Notes: generated from the letters alone by a model not told the origin. Shown: positions 26,460-35,553, counted from the first letter of the stretch. The stretch: DNA of 51,608 bases from an uncultured Anaerolineaceae bacterium (GCA_964529245.1 CAZGUS010000003.1:1-51608), one strand, 5' to 3'. Numbers and translations: made by a program.

Positions 26460-29351
26460 TCAGATGAGGGGCACCTCCACCTTCGGCGGCGCGCCCGGCC
26501 GGATCGGCCGGATCGGCGGAAGTCTCCGCGCGTTTCTGTGCATCCTGCCTCTTGCGCGCTTCGAAGCAACCTGGACGGCGAAGACGGGTCCCGTCTTGCC
26601 GGCGACCAGGGCTGCCATCTCGTCCGGCTCGAGAGGCGGCGAGAAGACGTAGCCCTGGCCGAGCTCGCAGCCGAGGTCCTGCAGACGCCGGAGCTCGGTC
26701 GGAGTGTCGATGCCTTCGGCCACGGTGGTCAGGTTGAGCGCGCGCCCGATCTCGACCATAGCGTGGACGACGCCCGCGCCCCGACCGGGCTCGTCGAGCG
26801 GCGTCACGAACGACTGGCCGATCCTGATGTGGGTGATCGGGAACTGCTCCAGGTAAGCCAGCGACGAATACCCGGTCCCAAAGTCGTCGATGGCGATCTG
26901 GACGCCGAGCGCTCGGATGGCGTGGAGCCGCTCCAGCGAGGCGGAGCTGTCCTGCATCAGCATGCTCTCCGAGAGCCCGAGGGTCACCCAACTCGGGGTC
27001 GCGCTGGCATGTGCCATCGCCGCCTGAACGGTCCAGGCGAGCTGTGGGTCCGCGACCTGGTGAGCGCACAGCCCGATCGACACCCGGGGCACGCGGCCGG
27101 GCGACAGGGCGGCCCATCGCGCGGCTTCGGCACACGCGGTTCTCAGGACCCATGTGCCTATCTCCTCGATCAGGCCCGCCTCCTCGGCAAGCGGCACGAT
27201 CACGTCCGAGGCGATCGGCCCACGGGTCGGGTGGTCCCATCGGAGGAGGGCCTCGGCCCCGACCAGGTCACCGGTCCGCAGGTCGACGATCGGCTGGTAG
27301 GTCAGCGTGAACTCAGTCTGGTCGAGGGCCCTGCGCAACTCCGACTCGAGCTTGAACGGGGTCTGCGCCGCATCGTGCATGGCCGGATCGAACAGGGCGA
27401 CCCGATCGCCGCCCTTGTTCCGCGCCACCGATCGTGCGGTCGCGGCTCGTCGCAGCAGGCTGCCCGCGTCGACTTCGGCCAGGCGGGCGGTTGCCACGCC
27501 CACACTGCCGGTAAGGTGGATCGGATGGCCGGCGATCTCAACAGTTGCGCGGATGGCTGCGAGGATGCGTTCGGCTGTGGCCAGGCCGCCGTCCGGCGTC
27601 GATTGAGGGTCGATCAGGACCCCGAACTCGTCGCCGCCCAGCCGGCCGCAGGTGTCGCCGACGCCGATGCAGGTGCGCAGCCGGCGAGCGACCTCCTGGA
27701 GCGCCTGATCCCCAACGGTGTTCCCGAAGCTCTCATTGACGTGCCTGAAACCATCCAGGCCGAGCGAGAGGACGGTGGTCCTTCGTTGGGTTCCGACGGC
27801 GCCGGCGAGAGCTTGCCCCACCCGGTCGCGAAGCAGAGTGCGGTTCGGCAGGTCGGTCAGCAGGTCGTGCAGGGCCACCTGGGTTAGTTGCGCTTCGAGC
27901 GTCTTGCGCTCTCTTACGTCGCGGGTCGTGAGCACGATCTGACCGACGGCGGGGTCGTCCAGCAGGTTCACCGCGATCGTCTCCACCTGGCGCCAGACGC
28001 CGGTGGCGTCCCAAAGCCGCCACTCGATCGGCTGCGTGACCGACCGTCGGGCGGCCACGTCCGCGATGAACGCCTCGGCGCGTCCGGCGTCGTCGGCGTG
28101 GACGAAGCGCGAAATCGGGCGGCCCACGAGCCTGGCGGCGTCGACTCCGAGAACGCGCGCGACTGCCGGCGGAGCGTCCGTCACGACGCCGGCTCGGTCG
28201 ACCAGCACCACGACATCGGACGTGTTCGCCGCCAGGGTCCGGAATCGCTCCTCCGACTCCCGACGTGCCTGCTGGGCCACCAGCCGACCGTTGTCGCGCA
28301 GGACCAGTTCCTGGCGCACCAGAACCACCGCCGTCAGCACGACGGCTCCGTACAGGACTTCGATCAACTCGCCGGTGACGCGGTCCATGGCCAGGCCCAC
28401 GAGAACCGAGTAGCCGGCGGCGAGGGCGACGTAGGGGAGAGCCAGGAGCCAGCGGCTCATGGTGTTGGCGCGACCGTCGGTCGAGGCCGCTGGATGAGCC
28501 TGGAAGTACCCGGCCAGGGCCACGAGGACGGTGGAACTCAAGTAGATGATGTCCGGCCAGCGTTCCAGGCCGAATGCTCCCGTCAGGTTGAGCTGCCCGT
28601 AACCCACGTCGGCCACGAACATGAGCCCCAGTCCGCCGACGAGCGAGACGAGCGCCCGAGAGTCGATCTCCGGCGGGTGGCGGAGCGCGGTGGCCGCGAC
28701 GCCGAAGAGAAGGACGAGGTCACCGATCGGATAACCGAGCGCGAGCGCCGCAGTGATCGGGTTCGGATCCAGCGATTCGAGGACGGGCCTGAACAGCGTG
28801 TGCCATACGACGATTCCGCCGCCGATGACGACGATCAAGGAGTCGATCGTGAGCCGCAGAGTGTCTCGACGCGCGCTGGAGGCACGCTGGAACATGAATA
28901 GCGCGGCGACCACGATCGGGTAATAGGAGACGTAGGCGAGGTCGGCCAGCGAGGGTGAATCGGTGCTCGCGCCGGTCAGATCGAGCCAGGCCCAGATCCC
29001 GTCGCCCGCGGCGTAGACGAGCATGGCGACGGCGAGCACGGCCCAGCCGAGGCGAACGCGGCGGCCGTCGATGCTGAGGGCGGCCCGCAGCACGATCACG
29101 GCGGCCAGAACGTCCAGCGCGGATTCGCCCAGATCGGCCACCGCCCGACGTGCGGCAGGGTCCCCCAGGCCGGAGGCCAGCCACAGGGCGGCGAAGGCCC
29201 AGATGGCGGCGGCGAAGCCCATCAGAGTTCGATCGAGGACGAGTCTTCTGGTGAGTCGCAGGTCGGATCCGGTATCGACAGAGGGCCGCAAGCGGGGTCG
29301 TTTCGCGGGAGCTACGGGCGCTCGCGATGAGCTATTGAGGACTCGGGTCAT
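26460..29351 (-). CDS. membrane sensor diguanylate cyclase/phosphodiesterase: about 10 TM helices, PAS, GGDEF, EAL
   Basis: ATG 29351 (MTRVLNSS). About 10 hydrophobic helices. PAS-like ERFRTLAANTSDVVVLVD. RLGGDEFGVLI (GGDEF). EALLRW, DDFGTGYSSL and EGIDT...QGY (EAL). The 91 upstream codons of the track ORF are Arg-rich and discarded. Confidence 0.9.
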   Translation of the reverse strand: MTRVLNSSSRAPVAPAKRPRLRPSVDTGSDLRLTRRLVLDRTLMGFAAAIWAFAALWLASGLGDPAARRAVADLGESALDVLAAVIVLRAALSIDGRRVRLGWAVLAVAMLVYAAGDGIWAWLDLTGASTDSPSLADLAYVSYYPIVVAALFMFQRASSARRDTLRLTIDSLIVVIGGGIVVWHTLFRPVLESLDPNPITAALALGYPIGDLVLLFGVAATALRHPPEIDSRALVSLVGGLGLMFVADVGYGQLNLTGAFGLERWPDIIYLSSTVLVALAGYFQAHPAASTDGRANTMSRWLLALPYVALAAGYSVLVGLAMDRVTGELIEVLYGAVVLTAVVLVRQELVLRDNGRLVAQQARRESEERFRTLAANTSDVVVLVDRAGVVTDAPPAVARVLGVDAARLVGRPISRFVHADDAGRAEAFIADVAARRSVTQPIEWRLWDATGVWRQVETIAVNLLDDPAVGQIVLTTRDVRERKTLEAQLTQVALHDLLTDLPNRTLLRDRVGQALAGAVGTQRRTTVLSLGLDGFRHVNESFGNTVGDQALQEVARRLRTCIGVGDTCGRLGGDEFGVLIDPQSTPDGGLATAERILAAIRATVEIAGHPIHLTGSVGVATARLAEVDAGSLLRRAATARSVARNKGGDRVALFDPAMHDAAQTPFKLESELRRALDQTEFTLTYQPIVDLRTGDLVGAEALLRWDHPTRGPIASDVIVPLAEEAGLIEEIGTWVLRTACAEAARWAALSPGRVPRVSIGLCAHQVADPQLAWTVQAAMAHASATPSWVTLGLSESMLMQDSSASLERLHAIRALGVQIAIDDFGTGYSSLAYLEQFPITHIRIGQSFVTPLDEPGRGAGVVHAMVEIGRALNLTTVAEGIDTPTELRRLQDLGCELGQGYVFSPPLEPDEMAALVAGKTGPVFAVQVASKRARGRMHRNARRLPPIRPIRPGAPPKVEVPLI

Positions 29352-29466
29352 GCATGACGCCGGAGCCTCGGGGAGTGGTTCTTGATTGAACCTCGAGACC
29401 AATCGAGGATCTCCGCATGCCACGGCGCCGAACAGGTGCCAGAGGTCCCTCCCGGGTGCGTCTATT

Positions 29467-29486
29467 TGGTATCCGCCTGGTATCCG
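29467..29486. promoter_or_regulatory. direct repeat TGGTATCCG-N2-TGGTATCCG (11-bp phasing) in the nifJ / GGDEF-EAL divergent intergenic region; candidate transcription-factor site
   Basis: Exact 9-mers at 29467-29475 and 29478-29486, unusually A/T-containing for this DNA, about 115 bp from the GGDEF-EAL start and 360 bp from the nifJ start. Confidence 0.35.
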
Positions 29487-29845
29487 GGCCGGGGTCAACG
29501 CGTGCCGCCTGGGTGGACGAGCCCGCCGCCGCGGGGCCGACCGACGCCCGTGGCGGGGCGCAGCGGCCCGGCCTGCCGGCGATCGTCGATCGTCGGAATC
29601 CGCTCGGTCTCGGGCCAGTGGCACCGGTCGGCACGGCCGTCTCGGGCCCGCTGGTATCGATCAGAGGGGCCGAAGGGCCTGCCCCGATGGCGGCACGGAC
29701 GGATATGATCGAACAACAGCGCGCCATGGGCGCACGACCACGCATTCCCTTCCAGCCAGGCTTGGGAACGTGCCGCATTCGAGTTCGTGTTCCGTCGGGC
29801 GGCCTCGCCGCCATGAGGAAGGCACGACCCAGGGAGATTCGACGA

Positions 29846-32800
29846 ATGGATCAGCGGTGGGAGTGTCTCGACGGTAACGAAGCGGCCGCCCGGGTCGCTT
29901 ACAAGGTGAGCGAGGTCATCTCGATCTTCCCGATCACGCCGGCCTCGCCGATGGCGGAGCATGCCGACGACTGGGCGGCTGCGGGCAAGCCGAACCTGTG
30001 GGGCAAGGTCCCGGACGTGGTCGAAATGCAGTCCGAGGGCGGCGCCGCGGGCGCGATGCACGGCGCACTTCAGAAGGGCGCACTGGCCACGACCTTCACG
30101 GCGTCCCAGGGCCTCCTGCTCATGATCCCGAACATGTTCAAGATCGCCGGCGAGCTGACCCCCGCGGTCATCCACGTCGCGGCTCGAACTCTCGCAACCC
30201 ACGCGCTGTCGATCTTCGGCGACCACAGCGACGTGATGCATGCCCGGGCGACGGGCTGGGCGATGCTGGCCGCTGGCTCGGTCCAGGAAGCCCACGACTT
30301 TGCCCTGGTCTCCCACGCCGCGACGCTCCGGTCGCGAGTCCCGTTCCTCCACTTCTTCGACGGCTTCCGGACATCCCACGAAGTCAACAAGATCGTGGTC
30401 CTAGAAGACGACGACATGCGGGCCCTGATCCGCGATGAGGACGTCCTGGCCTTCCGCAGCCGCGGCCTCACGCCGAACGCCCCGGTCGTGCGCGGCACCG
30501 CCCAGAACCCCGATGCCTTCTTCCAGGCCCGCGAGGCCTCGAACCCCTACTACCTGGCGCTGCCCGGCATCGTCAAGGAAGTGATGGACGAGTTCGCCGC
30601 CCGGACCGGCCGCCGCTACGGGCTGGTCGACTACCACGGCGCCCCGGACGCCGAGCGCGTGATCGTCGTGATGGGATCCGCCGTCGGCGCCGTCGAGGAA
30701 ACCGTCGATGCGCTCGTGGCCGCGGGCCAGAAGGTCGGCGTCCTGAAGGTGCGGCTGTTCCAGCCGTTCCCGATCGACGAGTTCGTCGCGGCGCTGCCCT
30801 CGACGGTGCGCGCCATCGCCGTCCTGGACCGGACCAAGGAGCCCGGCGCGGTAGGCGAGCCGCTCTACCTCGAGGTCGTGGCCGCCATCTCCGAGCGCAT
30901 GGACAGCGAGAAGCCGCCGTTCAAGACCGTCCCTAGGATCATCGGCGGGCGCTACGGCCTGTCCTCGAAGGAAGTCACGCCTTCGATGATCAAGCCCATC
31001 TTCGATGAGCTCTCCGCCGCGAAGGCCAGGAAGCACTTCACGATCGGCATCTACGACGACGTCACCCACCTCAGCCTGCCGATCGACACCGAGTTCCACC
31101 ACGCCCGACCGGCCGGCGAAGTCCAGGCCATGTTCTTCGGGCTCGGCTCGGACGGCACCGTCGGCGCCAACAAGTCGTCGGTGAAGATCATCGGCGAGGG
31201 CACCGACCTCTTCGCCCAGGGCTACTTCGTCTACGACTCCAAGAAGTCGGGCTCGGTCACCGTGTCCCACCTGCGATTCGGTCCCAAGCCGATCCGCTCC
31301 GCCTACCTCGTCGAGGGCGCGGACTTCGTCGCCTGCCACCAGTTCGGCCTCCTCGAGCGGACGAAGATCGTCGAGTTCGCCAAGCACGGGGCAACGTTCC
31401 TGCTCAACTCACCGTACGGCCCGGACGAAGTCTGGGATCAGCTCCCGAAGACGGTCCAGCAGCAGATGGTCGACAAGGCCATCGACCTGTGGGTGATCGA
31501 TGCCTTCGCCGTCGCCGAAGAAGTTGGCATGGGCAACCGCATCAACACGGTCATGCAGCCCTGCTTCTTCCATCTCGCCGGCGTTCTGCCCCCGGAAGAG
31601 GCGATCTCGCGTATCAAGAAGTTCACCCAGAAGACCTACGCCAAGCGCGGCCAGGCGGTCGTCGACCGCAACTTCGCGGCGATCGACATGTCGATCGGGC
31701 GGCTCGGCCACGTCAAGCTCGGGAAGGCGACGAGCAACCGCTCGCTGATGTTCTCGGTACCGGACACCGCCCCGGACTTCGTCAAGAAGGTGACCGCGGT
31801 GCTGATGGCCGGCGACGGCGACATGCTGCCGGTCAGCGCGTTCCCGGTCGACGGAACGTTCCCGACGGGCACCACCAAGTACGAGAAGCGCGCCATCGCC
31901 CAGTCGATCCCTGTGTGGGATCCGTCTATCTGCATCGACTGCGGCAAGTGCGCCATGGTCTGCCCGCACGCCACAATCCGGATGAAGGTGTTCCCGACCG
32001 CCGCGGCGGCGAATGCCCCGGCCGGCTATCTCACCAAGGAGTTCAAGTCCCGTGAGCTGCCGGATCATCTGATCACCATCCAGGTCGCCCCGGACGACTG
32101 CACCGGCTGCGGCGTCTGCGTCGACGTTTGCCCGGCCAAGAGCAAGACCGACTCGAGCCACAAGGCCATCAATATGGAGCCGGTCGAGGACCACGCCGAC
32201 GCCGAGCGCCCCAACTGGGACTTCTTCCTCTCCATCCCGCAGCTCGACCGCAACCTGCTGGCCCACGACACAGTGAAGGGATCCCAGGTCCTCGAGCCCC
32301 TCTTCGAGTTCTCCGGCGCGTGCTCCGGCTGCGGCGAGACGCCGTACCTGCGCCTCGTCAGCCAGCTCTTCGGCGACCGCATGATCGTGGCCAATGCCAC
32401 GGGCTGCACCTCGATCTACGGCGCCAACCTGCCGACCACGCCCTGGACGGTGAACGCCGCCGGACGCGGGCCGGCCTGGAACAACTCCCTCTTCGAGGAC
32501 AACGCCGAGTTCGGTCTGGGCATGCGCCTCGCGCTCGACGCCCAGAACGACCACGCTCGGGGGCTGTTGACTCGCCTGGCTGCTGTGGTCGGCGAGGACC
32601 TCGTTCGCGAGCTTCTCGAGAGCGCCCAGAACACCGAACCGGAGATCGACCTCCAGCGCGCCCGAGTGGCGCGGCTGCGGGAAAAGCTGTCGGGCGTGAA
32701 CGGCGCACACCGCGCCGAGGCCCAGCACCTGCTGGCGCTGGCGAACGACCTCGTCCGCCATGGAATCTGGATCGTCGGCGGCGACGGCTGGGCTTACGAC

Positions 32801-33484
32801 ATCGGCTTCGGCGGCCTCGATCAGGTCCTGAGCTCGGGTCGAAACGTCAACATCCTCGTCCTCGACACGGAGGTCTACTCCAACACCGGCGGCCAGGCGT
32901 CGAAGTCGACGCCGCGCGGCGCGGTGGCGAAGTTCGCCGCGGCCGGCAAGTCCACCGGCAAGAAGGACCTCGGCGCGATCGCCCGGGCCTACGGCAACGT
33001 CTACGTGGCCCAGATCGCGATGGGCGCAAACGACGCGCAGACCACGAAGGCACTGCTCGAAGCGGACGCCTGGCCGGGAACGTCGCTCGTGATCGCCTAC
33101 AGCACGTGCATCGCTCACGGCATCGACATGTCGACCTCGATGTCCCATCAGAAGGACGCCGTCAAGAGCGGTTACTGGCCGCTCTACCGCTACCAGCCCA
33201 GCGAAAACGAAGGCGGGCAGCCGTTCAAGCTCGACTCGAGCGCACCGTCCATACCGGTCAAGGAGTTCGTGGCGAGCGAGACCCGCTACGCCATCCTGGC
33301 CCGCACGAACCCCGAACGGGCGGCCGAGCTGGCCGAGCTGGCTCAGGCCGACACGGACGAGCGGCGGCGCTATTACGAACAGCTGGCCGGCATCCACCAG
33401 ACCGTCCCGCACCTCGACGAGGCCGATCTCGAAGCGGCCGTCGCCGCAGCAGCCGCCGCCGGGCGCGGCGTCGAGGAGGAGTAG
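29846..33484 (+). CDS. nifJ: pyruvate:ferredoxin (flavodoxin) oxidoreductase, single-polypeptide type
   Basis: AGGGAG RBS then MDQRWECLDGNEAAARVAYKVSEVISIFPITPASPMAE, the conserved PFOR N-terminus. Ferredoxin domain CIDCGKCAMVCPHA / CTGCGVCVDVCPA. TPP site GGDGWAYDIGFGGLD. 1212 aa. Confidence 0.95.
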   Translation: MDQRWECLDGNEAAARVAYKVSEVISIFPITPASPMAEHADDWAAAGKPNLWGKVPDVVEMQSEGGAAGAMHGALQKGALATTFTASQGLLLMIPNMFKIAGELTPAVIHVAARTLATHALSIFGDHSDVMHARATGWAMLAAGSVQEAHDFALVSHAATLRSRVPFLHFFDGFRTSHEVNKIVVLEDDDMRALIRDEDVLAFRSRGLTPNAPVVRGTAQNPDAFFQAREASNPYYLALPGIVKEVMDEFAARTGRRYGLVDYHGAPDAERVIVVMGSAVGAVEETVDALVAAGQKVGVLKVRLFQPFPIDEFVAALPSTVRAIAVLDRTKEPGAVGEPLYLEVVAAISERMDSEKPPFKTVPRIIGGRYGLSSKEVTPSMIKPIFDELSAAKARKHFTIGIYDDVTHLSLPIDTEFHHARPAGEVQAMFFGLGSDGTVGANKSSVKIIGEGTDLFAQGYFVYDSKKSGSVTVSHLRFGPKPIRSAYLVEGADFVACHQFGLLERTKIVEFAKHGATFLLNSPYGPDEVWDQLPKTVQQQMVDKAIDLWVIDAFAVAEEVGMGNRINTVMQPCFFHLAGVLPPEEAISRIKKFTQKTYAKRGQAVVDRNFAAIDMSIGRLGHVKLGKATSNRSLMFSVPDTAPDFVKKVTAVLMAGDGDMLPVSAFPVDGTFPTGTTKYEKRAIAQSIPVWDPSICIDCGKCAMVCPHATIRMKVFPTAAAANAPAGYLTKEFKSRELPDHLITIQVAPDDCTGCGVCVDVCPAKSKTDSSHKAINMEPVEDHADAERPNWDFFLSIPQLDRNLLAHDTVKGSQVLEPLFEFSGACSGCGETPYLRLVSQLFGDRMIVANATGCTSIYGANLPTTPWTVNAAGRGPAWNNSLFEDNAEFGLGMRLALDAQNDHARGLLTRLAAVVGEDLVRELLESAQNTEPEIDLQRARVARLREKLSGVNGAHRAEAQHLLALANDLVRHGIWIVGGDGWAYDIGFGGLDQVLSSGRNVNILVLDTEVYSNTGGQASKSTPRGAVAKFAAAGKSTGKKDLGAIARAYGNVYVAQIAMGANDAQTTKALLEADAWPGTSLVIAYSTCIAHGIDMSTSMSHQKDAVKSGYWPLYRYQPSENEGGQPFKLDSSAPSIPVKEFVASETRYAILARTNPERAAELAELAQADTDERRRYYEQLAGIHQTVPHLDEADLEAAVAAAAAAGRGVEEE

Positions 33485-33486
33485 TC

Positions 33487-34512
33487 GTGTCCGTCGATCT
33501 GCGCACTCGCTATCTCGGTCTCGACCTTCGCTCGCCGATCGTCGCGTCCGCCTCCCCGGCAACGGGCGAGCTGGAAACGACCCAATTGCTCGACGAGGCC
33601 GGCGTCGGCGCCATCGTCCTCCCGTCGCTGTTCGAGGAAGAGATCCTCAACGACGAGATCCAGCTCAATCGCTCCCTCGAAACAGGAGCCGGCCAGTTCG
33701 CCGAGGCCCTCGAGTACTTTCCCACCGTCGACTCTCTACCCGGTGTCGGCGAGCGCTACCTGGCCCGCCTGTCGCAGATCAAGGCGCAGTCGACGGTGCC
33801 GGTCATCGCCAGCCTCAACGCCACTACGGCCGGCGGGTGGGTCCGCTACGCGAAGCTGATGCAGGATGCCGGCGCCGATGCGCTGGAGCTCAATCTCTAT
33901 CGCGTCGCCGCGGACCCGGCCAGGACTGCCGAGGAAATGGATGCGGCAGACCTGGACCTGATCGCCGCGGTGCGAGCCTCGGTCACGATTCCGCTGGCCG
34001 TGAAACTCAGCCCGTATTACTCGGCCTTCGCCAGCTTCGCGGGCGCGGCGATCGGGCGCGGCGCCGACGGGTTGGTCCTGTTCAACCGCTTCTACCAGCC
34101 CGACCTGGACCTCGAGACCCTCGACGTGGTCAACCGGGTCGAATTGAGCAGGCCATCGGAGATTCGGCTGCCGCTGCGCTGGATCGCGATACTCCGACCG
34201 CAGCTGGGCGCGAAGGTATCGCTGGCGGCCAGCTCCGGAGTCCATTCGGGTTCGGACGTCGTCAAGCAGCTGCTGGTCGGCGCGGACGTGGCCATGATGA
34301 CCTCGGCGTTGCTGCGCCACGGACCGGGGCATGTTCGGACGGTCGAACAGGAGCTCCGCGGTTGGATGGAGGAGCACGAGTACGAGTCCGTCACCCAGCT
34401 CCGTGGCAGCGTCAGCCAGGCGACCGCGCACAATCCCGCGGCCTACGAGCGGGCCAACTACATGCAAACGCTCCACTCGTGGTCGACGCCGCCGGAGGCG
34501 GCGCGGGCCTAG
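33487..34512 (+). CDS. dihydroorotate dehydrogenase-like flavoprotein (PyrD-fold TIM barrel, function unassigned)
   Basis: GTG 33487, 2 nt after the nifJ stop. YLGLDLRSPIVASASP, GAIVLPSLFEE, ADALELNLY, IPLAVKLSP, GADGLVLFNRF, SSGVHSGSDVVKQLLVGADVAMMTSA. 341 aa. Confidence 0.85.
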   Translation: MSVDLRTRYLGLDLRSPIVASASPATGELETTQLLDEAGVGAIVLPSLFEEEILNDEIQLNRSLETGAGQFAEALEYFPTVDSLPGVGERYLARLSQIKAQSTVPVIASLNATTAGGWVRYAKLMQDAGADALELNLYRVAADPARTAEEMDAADLDLIAAVRASVTIPLAVKLSPYYSAFASFAGAAIGRGADGLVLFNRFYQPDLDLETLDVVNRVELSRPSEIRLPLRWIAILRPQLGAKVSLAASSGVHSGSDVVKQLLVGADVAMMTSALLRHGPGHVRTVEQELRGWMEEHEYESVTQLRGSVSQATAHNPAAYERANYMQTLHSWSTPPEAARA

Positions 34513-34515
34513 CCC

Positions 34516-34899
34516 CTAGGGCCGCCCGAACGCCTTCCTCGCCCCCGGCGTCAGCAGATACCACAGCGCGACTGCGGCAATGACGATGGTGAGGATGTGG
34601 CGGGCGGGTTCGAACTGGCGAAGACCGATCACCGCAAGCACGATCACCACGATTTCCAGCACGACACCGAGAGTCCACGCCCAGGGTCGGAGCGTCCAGG
34701 CGCCGTAGGCGAGGACCAGTTCCAGCACTCCCACGGCGACGAGTACGAGCGCGATCAGACGTTCGCCGCCGTGCAGCCGCGGCAACCAGGCGATCCCTTC
34801 CGAAGCGCTCCACCAGGCGCCGGCCGCTACCAGAGCAAGGACGCCGAGAACGGCTGCGGCAATCGCCAGCACGGCAACGCCTGTCGGACGCTGTTGCAT
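34516..34899 (-). CDS. hypothetical 4-TM membrane protein
   Basis: 127 aa, four clear hydrophobic helices. No family recognised. Confidence 0.6.
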   Translation of the reverse strand: MQQRPTGVAVLAIAAAVLGVLALVAAGAWWSASEGIAWLPRLHGGERLIALVLVAVGVLELVLAYGAWTLRPWAWTLGVVLEIVVIVLAVIGLRQFEPARHILTIVIAAVALWYLLTPGARKAFGRP

Positions 34900-35127
34900 C
34901 TGCGGAACCTCACGCGATTGGGCCGGAGCCGCCGCAAGCGCGGCATGGCGCCATTCTCGCGGCGTGGTCTCCGGCGCGCCACCGACGCCTTGTTCCGGAA
35001 TGTAAGACGAGTGTCAGGCCGCCCGCGGCCGGCGGCGCTCGAAGATCGTCGTGGGCTGGGCCCCGCTCCCGGCAGTCCCCAGGGCGGCGGGTCGAGCGCG
35101 GGCCCGCGTCGGCCCTTGCGGTCGGCG

Positions 35128-35553
35128 TTACCTCGTCAAGGCCAGCGCCGTGGCGAGGGCCAGCCACGGTATCAAAAGGATGGCCAGCAAAGCCGCCAGT
35201 GACAGGTGCGGCTTGCCCGCGGCGACGATCGCGAGGACGCCCAACGGAATCAGCACGTAGCCGATAACGGGCACTGGCGCGGCCAGGAACAGGCAGGAGA
35301 TCGCGGCGCCGTAGAGGAGCGTCTGTCCGAGTCGCCATCCCGTCGCCAAGAGCGCCGCCCCGGCCAGCGTCGCTGCGGCGAGGGCCCCGAACAGCACCCA
35401 CAGCATCGTCTCACGCGGGCTGTTGCCGCCGTTGACGCTGCCGTAGCTGCCGCGGAAGGCCTGAATGGCCACGACGCCGATGAGGACCGCGGCCACACAG
35501 GCCGGGATCACCGCCTTGAGCGGGCGCTTGCTGTCCGGTCCGACGATATGCAT
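35128..35553 (-). CDS. hypothetical 4-TM membrane protein
   Basis: 141 aa, four hydrophobic helices. No family recognised. Confidence 0.6.
   Translation of the reverse strand: MHIVGPDSKRPLKAVIPACVAAVLIGVVAIQAFRGSYGSVNGGNSPRETMLWVLFGALAAATLAGAALLATGWRLGQTLLYGAAISCLFLAAPVPVIGYVLIPLGVLAIVAAGKPHLSLAALLAILLIPWLALATALALTR

Noticed and set aside
26043-27887. 614-aa plus-strand ORF (also 26095-27240 minus, 381 aa)
   Set aside because: It overlaps hoxE and the EAL domain region in wrong frames. Arg/Pro-rich, no motifs.
29417-29845. 143-codon in-frame N-terminal extension of nifJ
   Set aside because: The conserved PFOR N-terminus (MDQRWECLDGNEAAARVAY) begins at ATG 29846 with an AGGGAG RBS. The extension is Arg/Pro/Gly-rich and would consume the whole divergent promoter region.
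29846-33484. nifJ as an indicator of a nitrogen-fixation locus
   Set aside because: No nifHDK or other nif genes are in the window. The context is hydrogenase and fermentation instead.
32128-33486. 453-codon extension upstream of the DHOD-like gene (794-aa ORF)
   Set aside because: This part lies in an alternative frame inside nifJ. The real gene starts at GTG 33487, right after the nifJ stop.
31409-33562. 717-aa minus-strand ORF
   Set aside because: It is antisense to nifJ, whose PFOR motifs are unambiguous. Shadow ORF.
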